In this document: positions 24,811 to 38,413 of the stretch, in pieces
Position numbering within the stretch: position 1 is the first letter of the stretch
Layout of the letters: each line of letters starts with the position of its first letter
DNA from: Octopus bimaculoides
Taxonomy: Eukaryota
Assembly: GCF_001194135.2 (NCBI RefSeq)
Contig: NC_069004.1
Coordinates: 34,557,736 to 34,621,735 of the forward strand
Direction of reading: 5' to 3'
DNA: 64,000 nt
Made by a program: the position numbers and the translations under genes
The notes under the pieces: model-generated
What the model was told of the DNA's origin: nothing
Databases searched by the model: none
What the model saw: only the letters and a program-made list of their open reading frames with translations

Positions 24811-25697
24811 TCTCATTTTGTGGCCAAATCGTTAGAGTCGGACAAAACGCTTAGTGAGATGTACAAAAGTACGAAAATTTACATCCTTGAGTTCAAATCT
24901 TGCTGAGGTCAACATATCATTCATCCGACATGGGTCGTTAAAATACATCAAGTGTGTGTGAATGAATAAGTATGTGTGTGTGCGTGTGTATGTGTGTGTG
25001 TGTTTGTGTGTGTGTGTACTCTGTGCAGTTCCCAGTCAACTTGGTATTCATAATACATTTAACTTTATTCTTAGCATCATGGCTGACATGATGGTTGTGT
25101 TGTTATTCTTAAACTTGCTTTAACAAAATGACTTTAATCATACCTGTGTGTATGTGCGCACGCACACATACACACACACACACACGTGTGTGTCCATATG
25201 AATAGATGAGGACGCTTTGAATTGATGCAAACTAAACATGAAAAATGCCGCCCGACTGCAACAGGGAGACATGCCTACAAAACGTTTAGAAAATATCGCT
25301 CTGCGGCAGAGACAGGATATCTAACGCCTACGAACATGCAATAGTGTCGGAGCCATGTTGGTTATATATCACGCTGTGTCAAAGATATGTTACATTAATA
25401 TATTAAAATGGCGTCTTGCGAGAGAAACGTTAACTAAACAGCAAATGATGTCTGCTGCCGTTTGAGAGATGTAACGAAAAGATTCTTAAATTTTGAATAA
25501 AGGCATTGTAGGGTTACTATATTCAAATAAGGGCCATGGCATCCGCAGTAAGACTTGCAACTGTTAGAAATTAATGGGAAAAGGAAATGAAGAAAATACT
25601 ACGAGATAGGTAGGTAAATAAATGGAATGATACACTGACAGGTGATCTACGTGTCTGTGTGTACGTGTATGAGTAAAAATATATATATATATATATA

Positions 25698-26040
25698 CAG
25701 GTGTTGGACAAAATAATGGAAGCACCTAGCACCATAATTTTGAATTATCTATAAAACCATCAAAAACTTGTTTATTTTTATGTTTCTTGATTTATTATTA
25801 GTGTTGCTTAATATGTTATGTTAAAATTGCTGTTTCGTTTCAGATATCATCAAAAAAAGGTAATTAAGATTCATTAAAATGACAGATCTATCGGACTTTC
25901 AAAGAGGTCAAATTGTTGGTGCTTGAATAGCAGGCGCTAGCGTAACGAAAACAGTCGAAATAAGTACTGTCTCGAAGGTAATAACAGCCTTTGAGAAAGA
26001 CGGAAAAACCTCCTCGTGGAAACAAAACTCCGGAAGAAAA
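25698..26040 (+). mobile_element. Tc1-like DNA transposon relic: left TIR plus pseudogenised transposase N-terminus
   Basis: TA|CAGGTGTTGGACAAAATAATGGAA is a Tc1-type end. 25879-26040 translates MTDLSDFQRGQIVGA*IAGASVTKTVEISTVSKVITAFEKDGKTSSWKQNSGRK, matching the Tc1 helix-turn-helix start (DLSDFxRGxIVGAR) and the GRK motif. It has an in-frame stop, and I found no right TIR. Confidence 0.8.
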
Positions 26041-26759
26041 ACGTTATGCCATTTTGTTTAGGACAGGTATAATTACCAACACAGGAACAAAGCAAAGAAT
26101 TCTCATACAATGCGTGACGGTCCTCCTGTCCGAGAATTACATGAAAAATACACATGTCTGCGGTATACTCGGCCACTTACATGGTTATTCAGTACGTCTC
26201 GTATTTCAGTTTATCGAACATTTCTGAACGAGATCCATACATCAAAACAAAGCGGGATTAATAAGGGATTAGTAATCCGAACAAAAATATTTAAGCTCTC
26301 TGCAGATACAAGTCAACCAGGCTAACAAAGTTATGTGATTTACCTGGAATTCAATACCAATCACAAGACCTGTGTGTGTGTGTGTCCTACGATGCACATG
26401 TGTGTATGGAAAACTAAGTTTGAGTTTACCGGCGTTAAATCCGATCTTTATGTCTCTAGTGTGAATATATCTATGTTGCCTTTGATCTGAAGACACTTGT
26501 ATCATAGCTCCTGGATTTTACACAGAGTTGTGTGTGTGTGCGTGTGCGTGTGCGTGTGTGTGTGTGTGTGTGATCGAATATCGAATCCTAATCTTGAATT
26601 GATCTTTTACAATTGTTCAAACGATTCATTTGTAGAACTGTATGTATAGAACCCAGAGCTATGATTTAAGGGGTTTCAGATCCAAGAAAACACAGATAAT
26701 TGCGTATTGTATACACACACACACAAACACGGATATTACGAAGAGAGAGAGAGGGAGGG

Positions 26760-26790
<31 letters not shown>

Positions 26791-27581
26791 GAGAGAGANN
26801 NNNNNNNNGGAGAGAGAGGGAGAGAGAGGGAGAGAGAGAGAGAGGGAGAGAGAGGGAGAGAGAGAGAGAGAGAGACACACACACAAGCAGTGAGGGAGAG
26901 AGAGAAAGAGAGATAGAGAGCATAGGGATATATATACATATGTGTGTATATATATATATCGACACTAACATAAGGAAAAGTGCGCACAATTCGCCATATT
27001 CGTATATACATACATGATATACACACATAATTATACATACGTATGCACGGATATAGGGATATATACATTAAAAAAAAATCTCGCTAGATCGAAGTGTGGT
27101 TAATATTACATATCCCTACTTCACAACAACGAGAACAAGAACAACACATTAGATTAAAAGCAAATATTTACATAGACACCCGAATCTAATTTCCCGCCTA
27201 TAATTGATTTTGGGCGGAAGAATTGGATGGGACACGGATTGGAATGCAAGCCTGTTATAATGGAGGCAACCACCAGATATCGCCTAAGGGGATTTATTGC
27301 AAGTGTGTGTGCGTGCGTGCGTGAGTATATGTGTGTCTATATATATATATATGTATGTATATATTTTTATAAATGCATAATCATATATACTTACATATAG
27401 TATACCTACACAAAACTATAGATATATTTGCATATATATACACATATATAATTATATACATACACAAAGCATACATGCGTAAATATGTATACATATACAG
27501 ACATACACACACACATATATACCTAGATATTGATACACACACACACACACATATACAAGTAGATATATATTCACAGACCTT

Positions 27582-27632
<51 letters not shown>

Positions 27633-28850
27633 ACGTATCTATGGAATTCCCAGCAACCTATCATCAATTGAGGTGCAGGTAATTCAGTCACTCGAACAAG
27701 CTGTCCTCGTGGTAAAACGACGGAGTTCCCATCTTCATCTAATATTAGCTGTCTCAATCAGTAACTATTTATCACTTTTAAGATTGCTTGATGTGACTTA
27801 ACGGTAATTTAACTGCTATTTCTGTCAGATCAGGTGATCACTGAGACGCTCGACGCTGCTATTGTTATTTCGCCTTTCATTTTGTCATTGCGATTGTCGA
27901 TGTTTTTTCTGTTTCAGCTCAACCGTGGTTGATCCCTGATGAGGCAGACCTCTGATCCAAGCAAAACCATCAGTCACTACTATTCCGTATTTTTAAACGT
28001 ATGGAAGCTTATAGTCTCTAATACTTGAGTCACTTCCTTAAGTACGATTCTAGTGCGTTTCTGTTGCTATAACTAACACGCCATGTTACAACGTACAAGT
28101 TCCCAGATCGTATCATCGCTATATTTATTATTTTTATTATTTTGGTCAGTTTTATCGATTATTTCATTGCCAAGGTCTTGTTATTGCCAAAGCGCTCGCC
28201 ATACTTATATTTGTGTTGTTTTCTAGTTGTTCCCCTTCTTCATTATTATCATTATTGTTATTATTATTATTATTATTATTATGATGTTATTTTTTCCCCC
28301 TTAATATCGACGTCGTCAAAGCAGACATTATTATTGTTGGTATTGGCGTTGCTGTTGCTGCTGTAGTCTATTATTGTTGTTGTTGATGATGATGATGATG
28401 TTGATGATGATCTTTTTATTTTCCTCTATTTGAATACGATTGTTCATCTTGTGGTAGTTGCTGTCAAAAATAATCGTTAATATTGCCGCTGTTGTTGTTG
28501 TTGTTACTGATGTTCCGACGCAGACATTATTCTTGTTGTTGTTGTTGTTGATGTAATCACCGCAATACATTTTGCTACCAATGGCAGTTTTATTGCAGGT
28601 GCCCTGCCAGCGGATACTTATTAACCACCAAAAAGTACATTTTTCATGCTTCTTAAATTACTCATTTCACGGCGATACAACAACAAGGCCAACGACTTTT
28701 GAGGGGAGGGTGATTTCTTGACTAAATGGATACTAGTACTTGAATTGCACTCGTTACTTCACTTTAGCGTTTAGCCCGTGTGCTAACGATTCTGCTAACT
28801 TGCCGCCATAATAATAATAATAATGATAATAAAAATAATAATAATATTAC

Positions 28851-29047
28851 ATGGAACAGATAGGGGCTGCAATAAAAGCGGAGCACTTGCAGAAAACAGC
28901 ATTGCTTGGAAACGCTCAAATACTCCGGATGGTGCTCAAAAAATAAAAGGTGTTACCATAGTTCACTGGTAGTGAACAGCTAACACCGTAGTACATCCCC
29001 AGCGTTAGAAGCTGTGCAAAAGTAGTAGTAGTAGTAGTAATAATAAT
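28851..29047 (+). mobile_element. 5'-truncated R4/Dong-like non-LTR retrotransposon 3' end
   Basis: 28851-28946 reads MEQIGAAIKAEHLQKTALLGNAQILRMVLKK*, the LQK..LLG.A.ILR.VL C-terminal motif of restriction-like-endonuclease LINEs. A short 3' UTR and a (GTA)n(TAA)n tail follow, and the left flank is (TAA)n. Confidence 0.7.
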
Positions 29048-29249
29048 CTTTTCTAATAAAACCACATGGCCTAGGAGGGGACTAGTCGATTACATCGACC
29101 CCAGTGTTTCACTGGTACTTAATTTATCGAGCCCGAAAAGACGAAAGGCAGAGTCGACCTCGGTGGAATTTGAACTCAGAACGTAAAGACGGAAGAAATG
29201 CTGCTAAGCACTTTGCACGGCGTGCTAACGACTCTGCCAGTTCGCTGCC
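29047..29249 (-). mobile_element. SINE-like family A, near full length
   Basis: The reverse complement reads ggcagcgaactggcagagtcgttagcacgccgtgcaaagtgcttagcag...gaggtcgactctgcctttcg. Confidence 0.85.
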
Positions 29250-29981
29250 ATAAATAATAATAATTTATTATTGCCACAGTGGTAACGACACAATAGACAT
29301 TACTCAGACAAATTTACAAAACAAAGTAAGCTTAGAGAATAAAATTTTAGAAAATAGAGAAAGCAATAATTTAAAAACAGAACTAGAAATATAAGACAAG
29401 ACGTGAACCAATAGGAGGAGAAACCCCTGGAGACAAGTGGTGGGAAACCTGCCATTCCAGTAGCTCTTACGGATATAGGGTAAGTGCCGACTGTCAGATG
29501 TATTCTCTGGCCTTCATGTATATACAGATAATAGGCCAATACAAGTGGGTCATATCTGACAATTATACCCTTGCCTCTCTGTAAATATGTTGATGATTAT
29601 GATGACTATGATGATGCGCATGTAATAGTAATGATGATGATGATGGTGATGATGTTTTTTTGGTGGGGAGTGAGTTTCCACGAAACTTCGACAGATATAA
29701 ACATCGTTATATAAATAAATAATGTTGATATGAATTTATATTTTATGAAGAAGAGAAGAAGAAGAGGATGGAGTGGGAAGAGGTAGAAGTAATGACAAAA
29801 TTATACAAATCAGGGAAAAACTGGAGCAAACTTTTACGTGCACTGATTGCATATACATGCATCCATACACGCTACCAACACATATCTAAGTTTAAACACA
29901 CACGCACGGGCCTATGGGTGTAAATACCGCAACACAATATATGATGCCATATATAATTATATGCATAAATGATAACTATAC

Positions 29982-30042
<61 letters not shown>

Positions 30043-30655
30043 AATATATATATTCATCAGTGTGTGTAGGTGCGGTGTATCATGCATTTTGTATTCCTCT
30101 CTTTGTACGGCAACTATCAATGAATACATCTGGACGCAATCTGCTAAAATGTAGAAATACAGCTAAAAGACGGATTGAATAAAACCTTGTTCGAATGAAT
30201 ATTTAATCTTCTCCACTGATAAGGCTCTGCACGTGTTTAACACAATGCTCTATTGAGCACTTATAAGTTTTCTACCGCAAAATATCCATAAAATAAGTAC
30301 ATAAATAATTATACACACACACACACACACAACAAGAGAAAAAGATTTCTGTTGATTCACTGAAAAGCAATAAATTATAAAACTACACGAGCAGTGGATG
30401 GCTGTAAAATGCCAAAACTGTGAGTTTCTCGTTTCCGCTTTTTCAGGAGACAATCTGAGCCTGTCTATTGCTTCTTAAAATTTCTTTAGGGTTGAATGTG
30501 TTTTACTGTATTATATAAAAGCTCTGGAGAAATGCTTATCTTAATTTTCCTTTTAAAATCATGCAAAATAATATCAAATAAACACACGCAAATACACAAA
30601 TGTTTATATTATTTTTAATGGACAATACACAAAACTGATTCAAAAGTTATGTTAA

Positions 30656-30878
30656 CCCATTGAGTCCCACTGTCCTATAAATAGGACACTAAATGAAAAC
30701 ATTAAATAAGCTATATCACACCGTCTCAGTGCCCTATTTATAAGACACCGAGTATTTCCATTTCTACTTGAAGTCAAGGAGTTTTAATAATAATTTTCTT
30801 TATTTTAACTTATTTTCCATCATCTGTAAAAATTTAAAAGCAATATTCAGAAATTTAAGTACTCTAGGACTTAATGGG
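30656..30878. mobile_element. piggyBac-type MITE (223 bp)
   Basis: TTAA lies on both sides (30652-30655 and 30879-30882). The TIRs CCCATTGAGTCC and GGACTTAATGGG match at 11/12. Subterminal near-palindromes are tgtcctataaataggaca and gtgccctatttataagacac. Confidence 0.8.
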
Positions 30879-31119
30879 TTAAATGGCACTTATATACATG
30901 ACTGTCAAGGGTCACATGTTATCTTTTACAAAGAAAAGTTTTTTCAGCGACTTCGAAGTTTATGAAGTCCTATGAAAAGCGAGCAAGTGAAGAATTCGAA
31001 GTCACTGCCAACGCTTTCCATGAGAAAGTTAATCACTATGTGTTCAGTAATACTGCAGTTTAATGTTAGATTGCTTTTATATATAAGTTGGTGTAAAACA
31101 ATCGTTAATATTGATACAA

Positions 31120-31290
31120 TAGTACGCCGGACAAAATGCTTAACGGCATTTCGTCCGTCTTTACGTTCTGGGTGCAAATTCTGCCCAAATCGACCTTACT
31201 TTTCATCCTTTTGGGATCGATAAAATAAGTACCAGTTGGACATTGGGGTCGATGTAATCGGTTTACTGTTTCCCTGGAAATTGTTGGTTC
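31120..31290 (+). mobile_element. SINE-like family A copy
   Basis: acgccggacaaaatgcttaacggcatttcgtccgtctttacgttctg...gatcgataaaataagtaccagttg. Confidence 0.8.
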
Positions 31291-31935
31291 TGTGTGTGTG
31301 TGTGTGTGTATATACACATACACACATATATGAATACATATATATATATATCTCTCCTCTCTTTCTCTCTATATATACATATATATTTATATATATGTGG
31401 CTGTACATGTGAGTATACACACACACACGCACACACACATACATATATATGCATTAGACACGTGTGCGTGTATGTTGTATCGTAAAAGTCTCAATTTACC
31501 GATAAGTGCTCATTGCAAAACACAATCGCCACCGCACCTCCGCAGCCCTATTGTAATGAATAAGCACAAACAAGGAACTTGGAAACGGTATCGAATTACA
31601 GAAGGAATCGAAAGAAAAAAGTGTTGGAAGGAGAAAGTTTACAAGTCGTAAATATATTTGCTGTTTGTTGTATTAGAGGCAGCCATATTGTTAACATTTG
31701 TGGTTCTGTGGGAAAATTGCCGAAAATCTGAACCTGGGATACCATAACAGCAGCTAGGCTGATGATTGTGATAGTGATGTTGATGACGATGATGATGATG
31801 ATCTTGTTGATGATGTTCATGAGAATGGTGATGATGATGACGACGTTGTTGAGGGCAATGATGATGATTGTAATGATGATGACAACGATGATAAAGTTAA
31901 ATTGTATTTAATTGATCCTCCTGTACTGTCTTTAT

Positions 31936-31966
<31 letters not shown>

Positions 31967-32153
31967 NNNNNNNNNNNNNNNNNNNNNNNNNNNNNNNNNN
32001 NNNNNNNNNNNNNNNNNNNNNNNNNNNNNNNNNNNNNNNNNNNNNNNNNNNNNNNNNNNNNNNNNNNNNNNNNNNNNNNNNNNNNNNNNNNGTATCTTTC
32101 AATACATGTCAACGCTTTTAAAGCATGCTTTGTTGACTTTCAACGTAAGTTGA

Positions 32154-32193
<40 letters not shown>

Positions 32194-32910
32194 CACGTAC
32201 ATGTAGATGTTGCCGAAATTTTCCTGGATTTAAGGGTGTCGCGAAAGGCCTGGGTGGAGGGCCAAACTTCTAAGCTCTATCACAGTGCATAGAAAAACAG
32301 AAGGACCGCTGTGGATCTGAGAGGGAAATATGCTGATTGAAATCATAATTAACTGATTTTCCAGTATTTTCTTTGATGCAAACCCGAGAACTTCTCAGCA
32401 ACCCCTCGTATTACCCAATGAAATATTGGATAATGGCTGTGCTGGGAAAATAATGTAAAAAGATGGCGTCACGGACACGGGTGGTAAAAATGTGATTGGT
32501 AAATTGTCCAGTTAGAGTTGACCTAGGGCTAAACAACAACAAGCATCACTACCCACCCTACAATAAACACCACACCTTGGAACCACGCCGCCACAAACAT
32601 CGTTAAATACACGCCAATCATAATAACAGACATATGAACCAAAACAAAAGAAAAAAAAAACATTCTGGGTAACAACACTTGTATTTATATGAGAAGTACA
32701 AGTAGTAATAGTAGTAGTGGTAGTGGTGGTCGTAGTTGTTGTTGTTGTTGTTCATTTTGTAGCAGCACCGGTAGCGCCATGGAAGCGCCAAAAATTATGG
32801 TGACTGCGTGCAATCGAAGCTGACAAGAACACAATTAAAATATATGACTCTTTTAGTGGTGCTCGATGGAAGATTCCAGCAGTGCGTACAAATGCGTGTG
32901 TCCGTGTGTG

Positions 32911-32980
<70 letters not shown>

Positions 32981-33115
32981 CGCGCGCATGCGTGTGTACA
33001 CATATATATAGATGCAAGTGTGTGTGTTTGAATGTGTAAATATACATATATATACACACACAGAGAGGAAAGAAAGAGATTATATGTATTTATGTATGTA
33101 TAAATATATGAATGC

Positions 33116-33152
<37 letters not shown>

Positions 33153-34568
33153 CGTGAATTATGTCTTCTCAGAGAACCCGATGCTAGTTCTTCATACAAA
33201 CACACGCATGCATACGAACATATATATATGAGCACAAACACACAAATGTACACAGACTAACACACGTCTACACACTCATGTGTGACAACACACACACACA
33301 CACACACGTATATATATGTATCATGTCTGTATATTTAGCATATATATGGTGTTGTAGACAGGTATGCATACATTGTGCCAAATAAATGCTTTTGTGTATG
33401 TATATGTGTGTGTATGAGTATATATATCTATATCTATCTATCTATATATATATATATATATATATANNNNNNNNNNNNNNNNNNNNNNNNNNNNNNNNNN
33501 NNNNNNNNNNNNNNNNNNNNNNNNNNNNNNNNNNNNNNNNNNNNNNNNNNNNNNNNNNNNNNNNNNATAATAATAATAATAATAATAATAATAAATTCCT
33601 TACTAAGGAAATGGGTTTTCCGTTGAATAATGTCTTCACTCTAGGTTACCTATGCATAAATTACTAAGCTCACACAATATTTAAATATTTGTTTTAGGGG
33701 ACGCTGGCATTCATTTTGCTTTTTTTTTTTTAGTTTGGTTTACAATCAATCGTAATCATTCCGATATCATTGATCAGTCAATGGTGACTGGTGACTGATG
33801 GCTTGTCTCTTATTTATATTTATATATATGTTATTTCTATTTTATTTTAATTGTATTATACTTACTTTTTTGTAAGTCTTCGGCACGAAAGGGATTCGTT
33901 TAAAATTATTTTCCACCTTTAGACGTACGTCTAGAATGAACCGTGTGTATATAAATATATATGTGTTTGTGTGTGTTTGTGGGGGGGGGGGTCTGTGTAT
34001 AAGTGAACACAATATAGCCACCCATACATAACCACACACACACACAATATATATGTGCGTGAATGTGTGTGTGTGTGTGTGTGAAAGAGAAAGATATGTT
34101 ATATAGTGAGATACTTAATTGCCTATGTTCGTGGTTGTGCGTGTATATATATATATATATATATATATATNNNNNNNNNNNNNNNNNNNNNNNNNNNNNN
34201 NNNNNNNNNNNNNNNNNNNNNNNNNNNNNNNNNNNNNNNNNNNNNNNNNNNNNNNNNNNNNNNNNNNNNNNNNNNNNNNNNNNNNNNNNNNNNNNNNNNN
34301 NNNNNNNNNNNNNNNNNNNNNNNNNNNNNNNNNNNNNNNNNNNNNNNNNNNNNNNNNNNNNNNNNNNNNNNNNNNNNNNNNNNNNNNNNNNNNNNNNNNN
34401 NNNNNNNNNNNNNNNNNNNNNNNNNNNNNNNNNNNNNNNNNNNNNNNNNNNNNNNNNNNNNNNNNNNNNNNNNNNNNNNNNNNNNNNNNNNNNNNNNNNN
34501 NNNNNNNNNNNNNNNNNNNNNNNNNNNNNNNNNNNNNNNNNNNNNNNNNNNNNNNNNNNNNNNNNNNN

Positions 34569-34617
<49 letters not shown>

Positions 34618-35676
34618 ACTCACACAAATACGTGTACATATGCACATATACATATATGCGTCTATGCGCATGTATGTGTTGGTGTACATGCAGATAGGTA
34701 ACAGCATTTTAGTGTAGATAAAAATAGAAATCGGGTATAGAAAATAATTCGATCTGGATGCAATGACTCAGAAAGGAAACATGCCCGGAATTATAGGTTC
34801 GGGGCTTTTAAATGCATCTTGTTATACCTCATATTGATTTCAGTAATAACATGTGTGTGTGTATGTGTATATATATGAATGTATATATACATGTATATGT
34901 ATGCGTGTGTATACATGTATACACGCGCATATGCGTGTATGTATGCAATCGTGTGTGCTGTTTATGTCTTTGTGTGAATCTGCTTTGAATGTGGTTGTCT
35001 TTAGCCTTTGTATTCATTACTGACAGCTGTTTGTAAATTATGTGTGTGTGTGTGTATGCATGTATTTCCATATATTCACACACACATGCTTATGCATGTG
35101 TATGTATGTATGTATGTATGTATGTATGTATGTCGTGTAAATGTCTACATACATAAATCTAAGTATAAATGCACACAGACACACATAATCGTCTGGAAAA
35201 TGAAAATTCATGAATTACAACACTGAAAGCCTTCGTACCGATCATCGGACGATCACGAAAAATAGAACAATAATTTTTTAAATATATATTTGGTATACAA
35301 GAATATTGTTGCAATATCATAGCAGACGTTGATTGGTTGGCATGTACGTCATTAAACCATTCTTCAAGAGATGTGCAACTTTTAGCTCGTAACGAAGTAA
35401 AGATACGAATGGTTTTATTATGCAAGGCAATATGATAGTTATCAAAAATATGTGTGTATATTTCTTCATGTTCTTATTTGCTTCAGTCTTTAGACCGCGA
35501 CCCTGCTGGGGCACCGCCTTGAAGAAATATAGTCGAAAGAATCAAGCCCAGGATTTTTCTCATATCATAAAGTTTCAAATAGATGCTACAAAGCATTTTA
35601 TCCAGTCCGCTATTCTCTTACTTCGCCGCCAGATATTATCTCAGACATATTACAGAATAAGACAGTTTTATTATTA

Positions 35677-35990
35677 GGCGCAGGCGTGGCTGTGTGGTAA
35701 CATGTTTGCTTTGCAACCAAATAGTTCCGGGTTCAGTCCCACTGCGTGTCACCTTGAGTAAGTGTCTTCCACTATAGCCTGAAGCCGACCACAAACTTGT
35801 GAGTGGACTTGGTCGATGGAAACTGAAAGAAGCCAGTCGCATACAGATGTGTGTTTGTGTGTATGTTTACCCCATGGACACTTGACAACCAGTGCAGGTT
35901 TCTTTATGTCCCTGTAACCTAGCAGTTCAGCTAAATAGGGAGATTGAAGTGCCAAAGACCAAAGCAAGTACAGGGGTACATTCGTTTGAC
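35677..35990 (+). mobile_element. SINE-like family B, head plus internal (GT)-rich spacer plus body
   Basis: Head ggcgcaggcgtggctgtgtggtaa...gggttcagtcccactgcgtgtcacc, then the body cacttgacaaccagtgc...gtccctgtaacctagcagttc. Confidence 0.75.
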
Positions 35991-36222
35991 TAAAGATACA
36001 AAATTCTTTCTATAATTATTCGAAAGACGCTTCATGGAAGAGCCTATATTCTATAACATTTTGTTGTTCTTCGGAACTTTCCATTCTGCTGGGTATACGA
36101 GGAAAGGCAGAATCATGTTGGGAGTTGTTTGTTTCAGAAAATATTTTTGCGTCTAACCCTAAATTCCATCTTTTTGTCTCTAAATACTCTTTTCAATGAC
36201 CGGAGCATTTCCCTCAGAAGAC

Positions 36223-36267
<45 letters not shown>

Positions 36268-36718
36268 TAGTGGAACACACACACACATCCAATGATATTT
36301 GAATGGTTGGGTGGTTGGATGACTGGAAAGACAGATGGCCGGGTGCATGGTTAGTTTTATGGATGGGCGAACGATTGAAGATGAAGGATCAAATCGTAGA
36401 TAAAGAGGCGGATAGGGTGGCGGGTGGATGGTGAGAAAAATCGATATATCGAAACGTGGGTGGATGGATCAAGGCAGGAATGGTTGAGTAGACGGAGGGA
36501 GGGGTGAACGGTTGGACGAGGCCGTGTTTCTCCTTTCGCCCTTAACAATTAAATAAACGTAGCGGGAACAAAGGCAGGACTGGGTCACGCCAGTGCTTTC
36601 GCATTACAATTCCGCACCTCATTTTCTCCTTATACACATTTGCACACGTAATCTCCATATATAAATGTGCGAATGTGTATATGTATATGCATGTATATAT
36701 ATATACACACATACATAG

Positions 36719-36845
36719 ATACACAGATGAATTATATTATATACTTAGACTATATATATATATATGCGTGTATATATGTGTGTATATACACACATACGTA
36801 GATACACACATGAATTATATTATATACTTAGACTATATATATATA
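36719..36845. repeat. Local duplication with a period of about 82 bp inside a (TA/CA) tract
   Basis: gatacaca(g/c)atgaattatattatatacttagactatatata occurs twice. Confidence 0.8.
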
Positions 36846-37063
36846 CATATATGTTTATACATATATACATACACATATTTGTATATACAAATATATATAT
36901 ATACATACATATACATATATATATATACATACATACATATACAAATATATATATACATACATATACATGTATGCATATATACATATAAGTGTGTGTGTGT
37001 ATTTATACATCCATACATATAAGTGTGTGTACATATATATATATATATATATANNNNNNNNNN

Positions 37064-37105
<42 letters not shown>

Positions 37106-38221
37106 CACTTACATACTTCCATATACCCATATCTATACATATACGTTTATAATACTATTCACTTCCCATGCTGTGACGAATTAAGTGACGAATCGTCCAT
37201 TCAATGAAATGGAATCATAAAAGAAAGCCTTTCTCCCCAGTTAGCAACTCAATGAATAAACTGTACAATTGAGCTGTCATCTAGCGTCTGGCCGCAGGCG
37301 TCACAATTGGCGGAGCGCTCTTTACATCATTTAACTTAAAGTCCCAGCAGAGCAGACCCGGTTAGGGGCACGGCCGCCGCCATTACTTTCGTCGATGCTA
37401 GAGCATTTTTACAGTTTCGCTTGCAAATGTGAAGTTCATTCTGTAGTTATCTCTATGGAGATGTGTTTATGTGTATGTACAAGTTCGTGGTGTGTTAGTG
37501 TGGTTGTGTGTTAGTATGGCTGTGTGACCAAATGTTCGACTACCGACATATTTGTTTTGCTTTGTAAGTGACGGCTTAGCTGTGTGTTTTACATGCGGAA
37601 CTGATCGAAGCACATTATATCTATCTATGCATCTATTTATCTCTCCTTCCTTCTATCCATTCATCTACCTTTCTATGTATCTCTCCATACATCTAGCCAT
37701 ACATATATTTATCTATGTGTCGAGTCATCCACCCATTTATTTACCTATCAGTCTGTCGAACAATTTATCAATCCGTTCTATCCATCTATCTATCTATCTA
37801 TCTATCAACCTACCCATACAGACAGACAGATGAATGTTTGCGAATGCGTGAGAATGCAAGTGATTTAAGAGTTATTCTGTACCTGTGTACATACATCAAC
37901 TCCATACACAGACAGGATTGTTTTTTATACTACAGTCATACACAGAAAAATTACGCCACCCCTATACATATGAGGGCGTGTGTATGTGTATTATACACGT
38001 TAATATATATATATAATGTATATATGCTCATGCATTTACATCATGGCTGTGATTATTGCAACAAAACAAAACGTTCAATAAGCCTGCTGAGAAATATTCG
38101 CCATTTTGTAACAATACCGAATAGATCAACTTACAAAGTACATATTTCGTTATCACTGTAATTATGTTCAGACTGTTAAATCTACAAGTTTTTTTTTCAT
38201 TCTCTCTCTAAATTTTCTCTT

Positions 38222-38352
38222 ATTCCTTTCTGTCAAAGAGCGTAGGCTCGAAACGTAAAAGACTTTTTTCCATTTTCCGGAGTGTCACACTATTACACTT
38301 GCTTGTCGTTCATACACCTGTCTCTGTCTTTTGTTTTTCTATATATCTCAAC
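38222..38352 (+). repeat. GAGCGTAGGCTCGAAACGT repeat family (Penelope-like terminal motif, tentative)
   Basis: ttcctttctgtcaaagagcgtaggctcgaaacgtaaaagacttt is nearly identical to 63951-63995. It runs into a (TA)n tract. Confidence 0.6.
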
Positions 38353-38354
38353 TA

Positions 38355-38413
<59 letters not shown>

